From: Antedon mediterranea
Lineage: Eukaryota > Animalia > Echinodermata
Length of the DNA: 64,000 nucleotides
NCBI RefSeq assembly: GCF_964355755.1
Contig: NC_092679.1
Span: forward strand, 4,742,201-4,806,200
Direction of reading: 5' to 3'
The translations under genes were made by a program, and so were the position numbers. This document shows, piece by piece, positions 53,301 through 64,000 of the stretch. The notes beneath the pieces were generated by a model that was not told where the DNA came from, searched no databases, and saw only the letters and a program-made list of their open reading frames with translations. Numbering within the stretch: the first letter of the stretch is position 1; each line of letters begins with the position of its first letter.

Positions 53301-56300
53301 GCCCAGTTTGACCTTTTAACCCTGTACTTCCGATACTGTGTTTTGAATGCAAATTGAAGAACAGGAGATTCTTGTGTTAGAAGTTAGTGCAGTAAACAGT
53401 ATGTATGATTTATTCCAAAAAAGTATGTTAAAATAATTGCCGACTTGAGGGTAAACAAACTGATAAGTTAATACAGTAACTACAGCAGAATAATGTCGAC
53501 ATATTCTCTTAAATTAAATAAACATTAATTAAGAAAAAATATGAAAATGAATAAACTCATACTATATATATATATACATATACTTTGAATAGGTCATTTT
53601 GTAGTTAATCAAGTTAATCAGAAAATTAATTAGAAAACACCCCAAAGAACAATGTTTTCACTTATAAAAGAACAAAATAAATGAGTAAATTCAACTAAAA
53701 ACATATTGACTTCCAGTCAACTCGACTATTTTTTTGGTTTAAATTGCAGTTTTTTCCATGTAATAATTTGTTTAAATCCAATTTTTGGTCAAAATGGCAT
53801 ATTTAACAGAAAAAAAGTTCTTTTTTCAGTTGGACAAATATATCTTAAAATTTTGTTAATAAAACAGGTTGTATGTTACTTACGATCCACAACTGAGATT
53901 TAAAACCTAATATTGAAGCCTTTACTCCATCAGCTATGTAAGGATACACATCTTCCCCAAGCCTGGTGTCTCGAAATAACGCACATATTATGTTGAGAGC
54001 GTGCACCTACAGTACAATTATAAATGTTTCTACTCAATCAGAGAAAAACTGAATATTTAAAATTTCTGTTTGAGTTAGAAGAATTTTAAATTAAATTATT
54101 AGGCCGGTAAAAAGTCTGTGGTCGGAGATCCGGGACTCAACTTATTTTAGGCTGGACTATAGCTAAAAATATAAAGATGCTAGAATGATGATTAGTGCCT
54201 TGGTTGTCTAACAAGGTGACTATAAATACAGCCTATACTAACTACATATAGAGAGCCTAGAAACTTAGGATTTGTACTATCAGTTAAATGAACGTAAACC
54301 AGTGTTTTTGCTGTAATGAAGTTTTTAACAAAAGCATTTTGCTTCGTGAATCGGGCTCACATGATTATGTTATGAATTTATGAAACGCAGAAGGAGACAA
54401 ATATGTTTGATTTAAATTGTTGCTAGTAAAAATTGATTCTGGGCAAGTAAATATTTTAGCTCAACTATAGCATATTATTTCAACTTTTTACAGCCCTGAT
54501 TAAATCAGATATGCATGACATTATATTTACCTGAGGAGCGATTTCTTGTCCGTCATCTTGTTGTGTGGGAATTGCAAGTGGGATTAGTATTGACATTGTT
54601 TCTTGTAGACTTTGCCTTCGTAATGAGCTAGGCTCTGATGTCACCAGGGCCTGGAGAAAAAAAAAGATGTCCATTTGTTCCGAGAGATATCTTTTCCATC
54701 TAGCTTACATCTGGAAAGATTTCTAGCTAATTTCATATCAGTTTTACAAAACTTTACATAGAAAAGCGAAATAATTGTATATTTTTGTATAGTTGTATAA
54801 TATATTTTTGTATGGTTCTTTTTATATTTGTTTGTTTTATATATTTATATAAGGACGCCTTGATTGCTGTTTATGGTTACCCTCTTTAAATAAGGTTTAA
54901 TACAAAAATGAATTAAAAAAAAAGTCGAATAAAAAAATAAATTTTCACGACTTTTAATGAAAGCAAAAACTTTTTCCTGGTCTGGTTATCCTTGTTTTTT
55001 GTTGCAAAATTCCATAATTTTAAGATCTTCAGCTATATAATTATGATTCATAAATATTATATATAACCTGTATGGTAAATGGAACACCAGCACTTCTCCT
55101 GGTTGCACAAAGCACCTCACCTCCACTACCAATGTCTTTTAGTAAATTGTTCAGCCATTTCTTGGGTAAACATTGTAGAGGGGTGACTGAACTCCTGTAA
55201 AAACATTATGTTGTGATTTATTCACTTTATCATTATGTCATTCATGAAGTAATGTTTCTTACTTTCAATGTATAAGAATTAGTTCTGTTCCTGTCCTCAC
55301 CTCCATAAAACTACACAAAGTTGGTTGAAACCCACAGACGCCAACTCAAACGCTCCTCTGTGCTTCGATTCTAACAGAAGTTTAATGAAAAAGTCACCCA
55401 TTTCTATCACCTGTTTGTAGAAGATAAATAAATTTGTTAAATAATGTAAAACTACCAAAGACTTATTATCGAACCATACCATATGAAACATCACCTGTTG
55501 GTGACTCAATAGCGATGGTTGTTGTTCATGCTGTTGCGAGATCATCCCCAACATTAAAGACACCTCCTTCATACTCCGCCAACAGCAGACTAACATTGCC
55601 TGTGGCGTCACCTTCATCATCGTCGAGTCTGCAGTGTGCTCAAATATTTCCAAATCATCAAGGTCGGCATCAACATCGGAAATATCTTTAGAAAAAAAAG
55701 GATGGTTATTAACAATATGATCACATAATTGGTAACATAATTAGTTTCTGCTAGATTTGATCACTACGCACATTATTAAAAGGAATTGCTAAGTATCAAT
55801 AGTAAAACAAACTGCTAAGTATCAATAGTAAAACGAACTGCTAAGTATCAATAGTAAAAGAAACTGCTAAGTACCAGTAGTAAAAGAAACTGCTAAAGTA
55901 CCAATAGTAATATAAACTGCTAAAGTATCAATAGTAAAATGAACTGTAAAGTATCACTAGTAAAATAAATTGCTAAAGTACCAATAGTAAAAGGAACTGC
56001 ACAAGTACCAATAGTAAAAGAAACTGCTAAAGTATCAATAGTAAAAGAAACTGCTAAAGTACTAATAGTAAAGAGATGGAACTCTTACCTAGTTCATCTA
56101 GCGTTTGGGTAACTGGAAGATACCCTTCAGGTGATGAATTACATACAACAGGTGACACAACCTCAGCAACTTTGTAACATATCAACAGCAACATGTTGAT
56201 AATCTGTTTGAACTTCGCGGTGACGATTTTGTCCAATTCACTGAAGTAGAATAAAATACACATAAACAATAATTATTCATAACTTACTATTAAATAGTAT

Positions 56301-59300
56301 AGGATATACAAAACAAGAAGAATGGAGTAAAAGAATTAAACGAAGAAGATTAAAATGGTATTGACACATAATTACCGGATGATACACCATTAAACAAACA
56401 ATGAAGGAACTAAAAAGAAAGTAAAAAGACCACCAGGAGGACCAAAAGATAGATAAACAAAGTCAAAAAAAGATTTAAAAGGAAAAATTTTAGACTTCAG
56501 CACAATAACAAACCATCCTGTCCAAAACAGAAAAATATGGAAACAAATCGTGGAAAGATGATGGAAAACGTTTCAAGAGTTACTATTATAAGTTTGCAGC
56601 GACAAAAAATAATGTTCTACTCTCACCTAAACTTGACATCCGCCAATAACTCTCGTATACAATGTAAAACACCATACATTGGTTTTGTTCCGGCTGCCTC
56701 TATTAAACTCCTACTTGCGACCTCGATTTGCTTCGACAACGAATCAAGCAGATCCCCCACAATGCCTTGTATGTTGTTGTGGCAACTCGCATCACATTTT
56801 ACAGCTGGTTTAAGCTGTCGGCTTATAAAGCGCAGCATGAACGATGCGGTTTCACAATTATGAGGGCGTGTACTACAAGCGAGCTCAAATGCAACTTTAT
56901 ATAACATCGTCAGCTGTTTGATATCCTATAAAAAATAAGAATAAAAAAGAATTACACAAATTATCTATTAAATAAAATGCTATATGTGTTACTTCAAAAC
57001 CTTAGAAGATTGCAGTACAACAATTAGTTCAGCTTCTTACCTGCATTCCAAGTGTCTCTTGTGATAAAGGAAGTAAGAGGTCAAAGGCCATGACCTTATC
57101 ACTTTCATAAGGGTCAGCAAAACATTGTAACAGAAGTTGAACATTACTGAGACTAAATATACTGTTAACATCATACCAAGAGCACCCTGAAAAAAATGTA
57201 ATTAATATTTGAGTTAACTAATTAACTAATACAGTAGAACCTCCATTAAGGAGACACCTTTAGGACCTAACAAATTGACCCTTGACCCTTAATAGGGATG
57301 TCCCTAGTGATTGGCTTCAGTGTTAAAATATATATTTCCTCTTGTTTGTTTCATGGGTAAGCTTCAGCACATTAAGTGTATTTAACTTTTTCTTTACAAC
57401 TAAAGGAACAGTATTCGGTAAACACCTACCAGACAAATGTTTGCATAGATTAGAGATAGCGGTAAGAGATGACACCCTGGTTGGATAACAGGAACCTGGT
57501 TGCAATCCAGCAAACAACCTCTCTACAAACCAATCCAGGAAGTCCTAATATGGAAAAAAACCAATTTGTTAAAAAACATAAATACTGAAAATGGCTGTTA
57601 TGTATGCATTCGAGTAAAGGCCCACTCGGACAGCATTGTACGATGAGGCCCGACTAACTGTTTCATCTAGAGAAAATTAAACATATTTAAAGATCTCTCG
57701 ACGATCTAAAAGCTACGGCCGACACTATTTCAAAAGAACTAGTCTTGTCCGGATTCAACTCAGACAGCACTGAAGAAACAAGACGTTTTGGCAGGCCTTG
57801 TCGTATGAGGTTGTGTGAGCTTTTAGGCATGCATAGAACAGAGTTAAGATGACTCCGAATCATAGACATGATGATGTATATCACTAGCATATTTGGGCAT
57901 ATCACTACCATATTTTGGCACATCAAACGTTTTTTTGTCAAACTAATTTGTCAAACACATTGATAGCTTAATATAACCCCGATAGATTCCAGGGGTACAC
58001 TCAGAATGCAAAGTTAGAAAAAAAAATTTATAGAAATACCTTCCCTCTGGGTTACAACAGGGCATATCAGATGTTTACTGTAATTTGTATAAGAAGCAGA
58101 CACGACTGACAGAATTTAACTCAGAAAAGAGAATGTAAACATAGCTTGTGCTCCTTTTCTTACCCTATAAGCCTGTAGTCTGTCAGCGTCCTCCAATCTG
58201 AATAGGTGGTTTTGAGCTGTAACATTCTTATGATGTTGCCTACCACTGTCTTGTAGCCTAATAAAAAGCTAAAAAAATCAATTTCAATTAGCCTTTTGCA
58301 AACAAATTAAAATGCGCATACAAGAAAAAGAAATATTTGTACTCGCTATGTTGATACCTTTTTTATTAGCATCATTAATTGTTGTCTGAATGACGGTAAG
58401 TGGCTGCTCAGGTTGAAAGGTAGAAAGAATTTGATCAAATTGAAATCGCAATCTGTCAATGTTTCTCCCGTCTTCCTTGTATCACAAATCAATGCAAATG
58501 TGTCCAGACGAACCTTAGAGAAAGGTGAAAAGAAAAGAAGTCTTGACTTGTCTTCTTTTTGTTTATATTGTAGGTTGCAAAATATGAATCGGCTTCTCAA
58601 ATTAGACAACCAATATATTCCGGATTACTGCATGCAATCAAATTTCTTAAGCTTGGTTCCCACTAGGACGCAACGCAAGGACATTACGTCGAATAAATCC
58701 ATCGCTTGTGATTGGTAAAATCTCTTACGTTGCGTTACGTCCTTGTGTTGCGTTGCTAGTGGGAACCACGCTTAATAGGTCAAAGTTAAAAATACCATAC
58801 ATGTTTTCATTAAATTATTGATTATTTTAATAAACAATTCACATATTGAATAAAAACAATAAAAAACCTGATTGTTCTTGTGGCATAAAGCCTGCTTGAT
58901 GGTTGTCATGTTAACAAACCCCTGCCACATTTGCTTGTTGTCACCTTTGCACTCCACTTCAATAATGTTCGAGGCCCTCACTATCTTCAAACATGTCATT
59001 AGCATACACAGCCTCATGCCTTTGTAATCTATATTTGTTGAAGCATGAGCATCCAGGGACCTAGGATTGTGAGAATCCAGGGACTTGGTACATTGAGCAT
59101 CCAGGGACTTGGAACATTGAGCATCCAGGGACTTGGAACATTGAGCATCCAGGGACATAGTACCTTGAGCATCTAGGGACCTATTATCTTGAGTATCCAG
59201 GGACCTACCATCCTTACAACTTGAAGCCTGGGTATCCAGGTGCCTTTTAGCAAGAGCATCATGGTGCCTTGATGTGCAGGTATCCCATCGATTACTCTGC

Positions 59301-62300
59301 AGACTTTCAATAATGTACTGCGCACTTAAAGGGTTGCACTTAATCAATTTAGGAAGCGTCACCTAAAATAAAGTATATTTTTCTTAATATTATAGTCTTT
59401 CAATTAGCTCAATCTGCTAGTCCACCATCACTAACATAATCACAGAATCTTTTTCCAACATTAATACCATTATTATTTTTCAACTACATACATTCAATCA
59501 TCAATATTCATTCTTATGACATCATCATCAATATCCTTATGACGACATCAACAATATCCTTATGGCATACCTGCATAATGTATGATTTATGTTGTATTGG
59601 AGGACATGTGTGCAAAGCATAGAGTAGGCCGTCAATCCAGGTTGAATGCCAAACATCAATGCAACTGCTATTCATTTTCTTCAAATGGTTCTTGGCCATC
59701 ACATCAACAAGATTACCAACCTAGAAAACAAACAAACACAAATTAGACAACATAATATATGAGATATGGGAAAAACTGTACAGTCCATACTTATCAATGT
59801 TAACCCAATGTTAACCCTTTGAAGACTGACTAACTGATTGGTTAATATGGTATTTTTAATAGGTTTAGGAAAAATACATTTTTATGACTGTTAATTTTTG
59901 CAATTGTTTTGTTATGTAAAATGTTTTGCCTTCCGAAAAATTTCGATTTTGTTTGTTTTGACCTAGGTTAAAGGTCTAATGCTCGAAAAGTACAATTCAG
60001 TGACCAAAAAGTCAAATCAAATTTTATGTGACAAAAAAATGTGATGTGCCCATATATGGACATATGTCATATCACTAACATATTTGGACACGTCACTACC
60101 ACTTTTTTTTTGTCAAACTAGTTTGATAGTGTAGACAGAGCTTTATACTGTAATTGAATAATATTGATTTAATGGTAAAATAATTTAACAGAGGAATAAT
60201 TAAAACAAATTTTCACTTACACATGGTGAAAGGTTTTGGTCCATTACACAACCATACAATTCCTGCGGTAGTTTTGGATTTCTTTCCAAAATAAATTCTA
60301 CACCAACATTTTCTACAAGGCAAGCCAGGAATGAGTACTTTCCCCGTACATGGCGATCGCTTAACATAATCTTTTGTAGGACTTCACATATGAATGCATC
60401 ATTATTACAGTCTAAATTTTCCCCTGTAATTATTTGTGAATAGAGAGAACAAAATATTATATTATTTATTTACATAGGTTGAGGACAGGCACAATAGCAG
60501 CTTAGAATACTCCCACTCGACTCGAATGACAGAGGAATGGGTACGAATCCTGTCAGTTAGACAAAATACTCTAACTGCCTCGTCCTTCCGATGAGACATA
60601 AAGCTGTTGGATGACCCTGCGTTCATACATCATTGAATTGCCTACTATATGCTGACGATCTGGTTATTATGTCAAAATGATAAGTTTATATTTATTATGG
60701 GTGCAAATGATCCCGATATCATCAAGCCAGTTATGAAGTATGTATGTTCGGCATTTGAAAGGCTCGACTATTCAGGTCTCCACCTGATACTGAGCGACAT
60801 TTATGCAACATACATGTTCATTGAATGCTTTTATTATTGCTGTTACTATTATATCTATGTTCATTTTTGTATATGTTAATAAATTCGAATTAATTATTGT
60901 CATACATTTTCTTTTTAAATGTACTTTTGTCTTCCTTAGATAGAAATAAACACTCACTATAAATAACCATTTTCCTGTGAAGTTTAACGATGTTGCTAAA
61001 AATAGCATTAACTTGATGCCTCATACACTGTGAAATAAAAAAGAAATATTTGTAATTAACATTGAAATACAGAGCATACAAGTATAATCCCATGTTCGAG
61101 TATAATCCCATGCTTAAGTATAATCCCATGACTAGTATTATCCCATACTCTAGTATAATCCCATGACTAAGTATAATCCCATGCTCAAGTATAATCCCAT
61201 GCTCAAGTATAATCCCATGCTCAAGTATAATCCCATGCTCAAGTATAATCCCATGCTCAAGTATAATCCCATGTTCGAGTATAATCCCATGCTTAAGTAT
61301 AATCCCATGCTTGAGTATAATCCCATGCTCAAGTATAATTCCATGACTAGTATTATCCCATGCTCAAGTATAATCCCATGTTCGAGTATAATCCCATGCT
61401 CAAGTATAATCCCATACTCGAGTATAATCTCATGACTAGTACAGTATAATCTCATACTCTAGTATAATCCCATGCTCGAGTATAATCCCATACTCGAGTA
61501 TAATCATATACTCGAGTATAATCTCATACTCTAGTATAATCCCATGCTTAAGTATAATGCCTTGCTCAAGTATAATCCCATGCTCAAGTATAATCTTATA
61601 CTCTAGTATAATCCTATGCTCTAGTATAATCCCATGCTTGAGTATAATCCTATACTCGAGTATAATCTCATACTCTAATATAATCTTATGCTCGAGTATA
61701 ATCCCATGCTTGAGTATAATCGCATACTCTAGTATAATCCTATACTTGAGTATAATCCCATGCTCAAATATAATCCTATATTCAAGTATAATCCCATGCT
61801 CGAGTATAATCCCATGTACTATTGTATTTGAAAAGAGGGGGTTTTCAGTGTGTTAATAGGGACTTTACGAAACAGGACGGACATCCTAAAATCATATACA
61901 GTCCACATAGTCGTTTTATTAGTTACGCACCCTTGCGTTAAGACGACGACCGGCAGTATTTCTCTCCCTCCCCCGTCTCGCAGTGTGGGGCCCTTCTGAA
62001 TAAAATGACAGAATTTCATGCTAAGCTCCGCCCACTTTTTAAAGCTCATGCATTAATTATTCATGAGCACCATCCTCGTGGCTTCCCGTCCTGTTTTGTA
62101 AAGTCCCTATTAATGGCTGTGGTGGGCCTTTCAATATCTCTTACGTCCACTGGATGGTCCCAGTTGGTCCAACAATACTCTAATAACTTCTGCCGAGTGT
62201 CTTTGTACTCTGTGTAGCCTCCGTCTGTAAGTAAACTGCCCTGTTTAGTTTCCATTGAAGTCAATGCACACGTTGTCCATAATGCAAGCGCTCTGGCTAC

Positions 62301-63256
62301 TGATAGCGCTGAGAAGGACTCTATCAACCTGTACAGGATAGATTTTTAATAATCATTAACAGGAGAATAAATTTCCACCTGCCTGTTAGTGGCAATGACT
62401 TGCTGTTAGTGTGGAGAATTTTAAATTAACGAAATAAATTTGATTGACGATGAATTGCTTTCCATGATGTGTTATAACAATGAGTAACATTTGTCACACA
62501 ATCTATACATCTATACTCTTCAAAGCGAGTCATTTTACTATAATTTTAAGCTCATTTTTAATCGTCACTTCAGGTCCAATTTTTTCATTTGATAGGGGAT
62601 TTAAATTGTGATTGTTCATCTTGGCTTTTTTATCTAACTACTGCCATATTTATGCATCATTTACCTTAGCTAGCCTCCATTATTCATTTTCTATGAACTT
62701 TGAACTGTGTAATACAGAAAATATTCATAACAGGAAACCGCATGAAAAAAGACCATTAGAAAGGCCAATAAAATTAGACTTAGTGTCTCTGTCTACACTA
62801 TCACACTTTATGTGATGTGCCCATATTTGTATGCGATGATGTCACTACCATATTTGGGCACACCACACCCTTTTTGTCAAGTTTGATATTTGGGCACACT
62901 ATACTTTTTTGTGAAACTAGTTTGATAGTGTAGACAGGGCTTTACAGTCTACCAGGCATTCACTTACAGACTAACAAGATTCCAAATTTGCTTAAACATC
63001 ATATCTAGAAGTGAAGCACCAACATAACTGTTGACTTCATCGTCTGTGTGATGTCTGACCAACTCTTCATTTGGTACCGTCGCCAAAACACCCTGGCAAA
63101 AAAACAACTTTGATAGTGGTGATAGAGTATCATAGTCAAGTAGTTTAGACTTCATCAAACTGGAAACTTCCTTTGGTAGTTGTTGGTCAGCAAAGAGCTG
63201 AGTGATTTGAATTATAGTCATACCTGCAGCATTTTGACAATCTGCAGAAAAAATAT
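47384..63256 (-). CDS. THADA: THADA (thyroid adenoma-associated protein; Trm732 homolog, tRNA position-32 2'-O-methylation cofactor), 5'-partial, about 1735 aa in window
   Basis: 28 phase-consistent exons (minus): 62968-63256, 62145-62328, 60958-61027, 60221-60423, 59571-59720, 58868-59362, 58358-58513, 58164-58268, 57430-57544, 57041-57186, 56627-56925, 56089-56240, 55495-55685, 55301-55410, 55068-55194, 54531-54650, 53884-54006, 52753-52844, 52428-52646, 51756-51924, 51114-51229, 50235-50772, 49965-50092, 49792-49864, 48942-49101, 48384-48512, 48062-48213, 47384-47782 (TAA). THADA/DUF2428 motifs: VVSPVVCNSSPEG, LVCCWRSMKEVSL, LLESKHRGAFELA, ATRRSAGVPF, VHALNIICALFRDTRLGE, VRNSSTLLF, MTGREFFTRFP. 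Confidence 0.95.
48633..48768. mobile_element. hAT-like MITE inserted in a family A MITE
   Basis: CATTGGTGTAAC...GTTACGCCATTG termini; 8-bp flanks CATATATA/CATATATC; related element at about 11702-11849 (shared CAGTGAGCGCTCAT and terminal CGCCATTG). Confidence 0.6.
49470..49750 (-). mobile_element. Degenerate tRNA-derived SINE
   Basis: Minus strand has B-box-like GGTTTGAATC, central GCCTCTATCCACCCAGGTGTACAAATGTGTACC and an L2-like 3' end AAGCGCCATATAAGA followed by ATT repeats. Confidence 0.55.
51286..51413. repeat. 21-bp tandem repeat (GTGCCCAAATATGGTAGTGAT)x6 inside a family A MITE
   Basis: Directly visible. Confidence 0.9.
52987..53385. mobile_element. Non-autonomous TIR element with an internal ~85-bp tandem duplication
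   Basis: AACTTATAACACAAGAATCTCCTGTTC...GAACAGGAGATTCTTGTGTTAGAAGTT; direct duplication at 53089-53256. Confidence 0.65.
55786..56075. repeat. ~25-bp degenerate tandem repeat (AACTGCTAAGTATCAATAGTAAAA..)
   Basis: About 11 degenerate copies abutting the THADA donor at 56088. Confidence 0.88.
56300..56570 (+). mobile_element. Degenerate 3' fragment of an RTE-like LINE ORF2
   Basis: Frameshifted translation WSKRIKRRRLKWY*H...PDDTP...KRPPGGPK resembles the RTE C-terminal motif RRLRWxGH...KRPRGRP. Confidence 0.55.
58650..58772. mobile_element. Family B MITE copy in a THADA intron
   Basis: AGCTTGGTTCCCACTAG...CTAGTGGGAACCACGCT with the shared CGCAACGCAAGGAC core. Confidence 0.72.
60478..60625 (+). 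mobile_element. Degenerate SINE fragment with a Deu-domain-like core
   Basis: B-box-like GGTACGAATCC followed by GTCCTTCCGATGAGACATAAAGC, which resembles the DeuSINE core GTCCTTCGGATGAGACGT. Confidence 0.45.
61080..61816. repeat. 18-bp minisatellite (TCAAGTATAATCCCATGC)n, about 40 copies, in a THADA intron
   Basis: Directly visible; explains the repetitive ORFs at 61150-61856. Confidence 0.95.
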
Positions 63257-63317
63257 CTGCAAGAGAAATTGGGGGAAAAATGACAAAAAATGTTCACCCA
63301 AAAACATTAAACTTTGA

Positions 63318-63548
63318 GGAGTTGGGTAGTCAAGTGGTTAGGAAACTTGACTGTCATACAGAGAGACCTTGGTTCAATTTCCGACAACTCCCAGTCTACT
63401 CAGCTGTAAATGAGTACCTAGTTGAAAATACTAGAGAGTATAAGGGGGTGTGGAAAAGAACTGGTCAACCTGCCACATAACGCCGAGCTCCTAACAGCTC
63501 ATTACCCTACTGTATGTTCAGAATTGAATACGGGATCTTTACCTTTAC
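63318..63548 (+). mobile_element. tRNA-derived SINE
   Basis: A box TAGTCAAGTGG, B box GGTTCAATTTCC, body CCCAGTCTACTCAGCTGTAAATGAGTACC, tail TTTACCTTTAC. Confidence 0.65.
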
Positions 63549-63629
63549 TACATTACTGTAAGTTATGTAAAATTTTTAATTACAAATTATGTCTTTTTTA
63601 CATTTTACACTTTATAATGATTGTCTTTA

Positions 63630-63975
63630 GTTTAAACTTTCTTAATTTTAGAGCTTGTTATTAAGTATTACTAGTAGGTTGGACTAACAGTTACATGCAG
63701 ATTTTAAACTTTCTTAATTTTAGAGCTCCTTATTAAGTATTACTAGTAGGTTGGACTAACAGTTACATGCAGATTTTAAACTTTCTTAATTTTAGAGCTC
63801 CTTTTAAGTATTACTAGTAGGTTGGACTAACAGTTACATGCAGATTTTAAACTTTCTTAATTTTAGAGCTCCTTATTAAGTATTACTAGTAGGTTGGACT
63901 AACAGTTTCAGTTACATGCAGATTTTAAACTTTCTTAATTTTAGAGCTCCTTATTAAGTATTACTAGTAGGTTAG
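63630..63975. repeat. ~72-bp tandem repeat, about 5 copies
   Basis: Unit TTTTAAACTTTCTTAATTTTAGAGCTCCTTATTAAGTATTACTAGTAGGTTGGACTAACAGTTACATGCAGA. Confidence 0.92.
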
Positions 63976-64000
63976 ACACCCGGTTAGACTAACAGTTTCA

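Noticed and set aside
61150-61856. Repetitive ORFs on both strands; CRISPR-like appearance
   Set aside because: Contiguous 18-bp tandem units with no unique spacers, in a eukaryotic intron with no cas genes
63630-63975. Regularly spaced repeats as a possible CRISPR array
   Set aside because: Whole 72-bp units are repeated; there are no variable spacers

Overview
AT-rich, intron-rich animal genomic DNA. The DeuSINE-like and tRNA/5S-derived SINEs and vertebrate-like intron positions suggest an invertebrate deuterostome such as an echinoderm (inference only). I assembled two minus-strand genes by hand from splice signals, and reading phase is consistent across every junction. (1) A complete SLC6 Na+/Cl- dependent transporter of the GABA/taurine/creatine subfamily (3951-38396). 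It has 12 shared exons and two alternative, duplicated first coding exons (38141-38396 and 29371-29569). These encode different N-terminal tails but near-identical TM1, with about 20 synonymous and only 2 amino-acid differences over 39 codons. (2) The 3' ~1735 codons (28 exons) of a THADA/Trm732 homolog (47384-63256, 5' end beyond the window), including a GC-AG intron and a coding 8-aa tandem insertion. The rest is introns and intergenic DNA rich in non-autonomous DNA transposons (Harbinger-like MITEs with TWA target duplications, TTAA-targeting Kolobok-like elements, an hAT-like insert), SINEs, a 5S rRNA-derived element, an RTE-like LINE fragment, minisatellites and several palindromes. Most short ORFs in the supplied track are spurious or are exon fragments.
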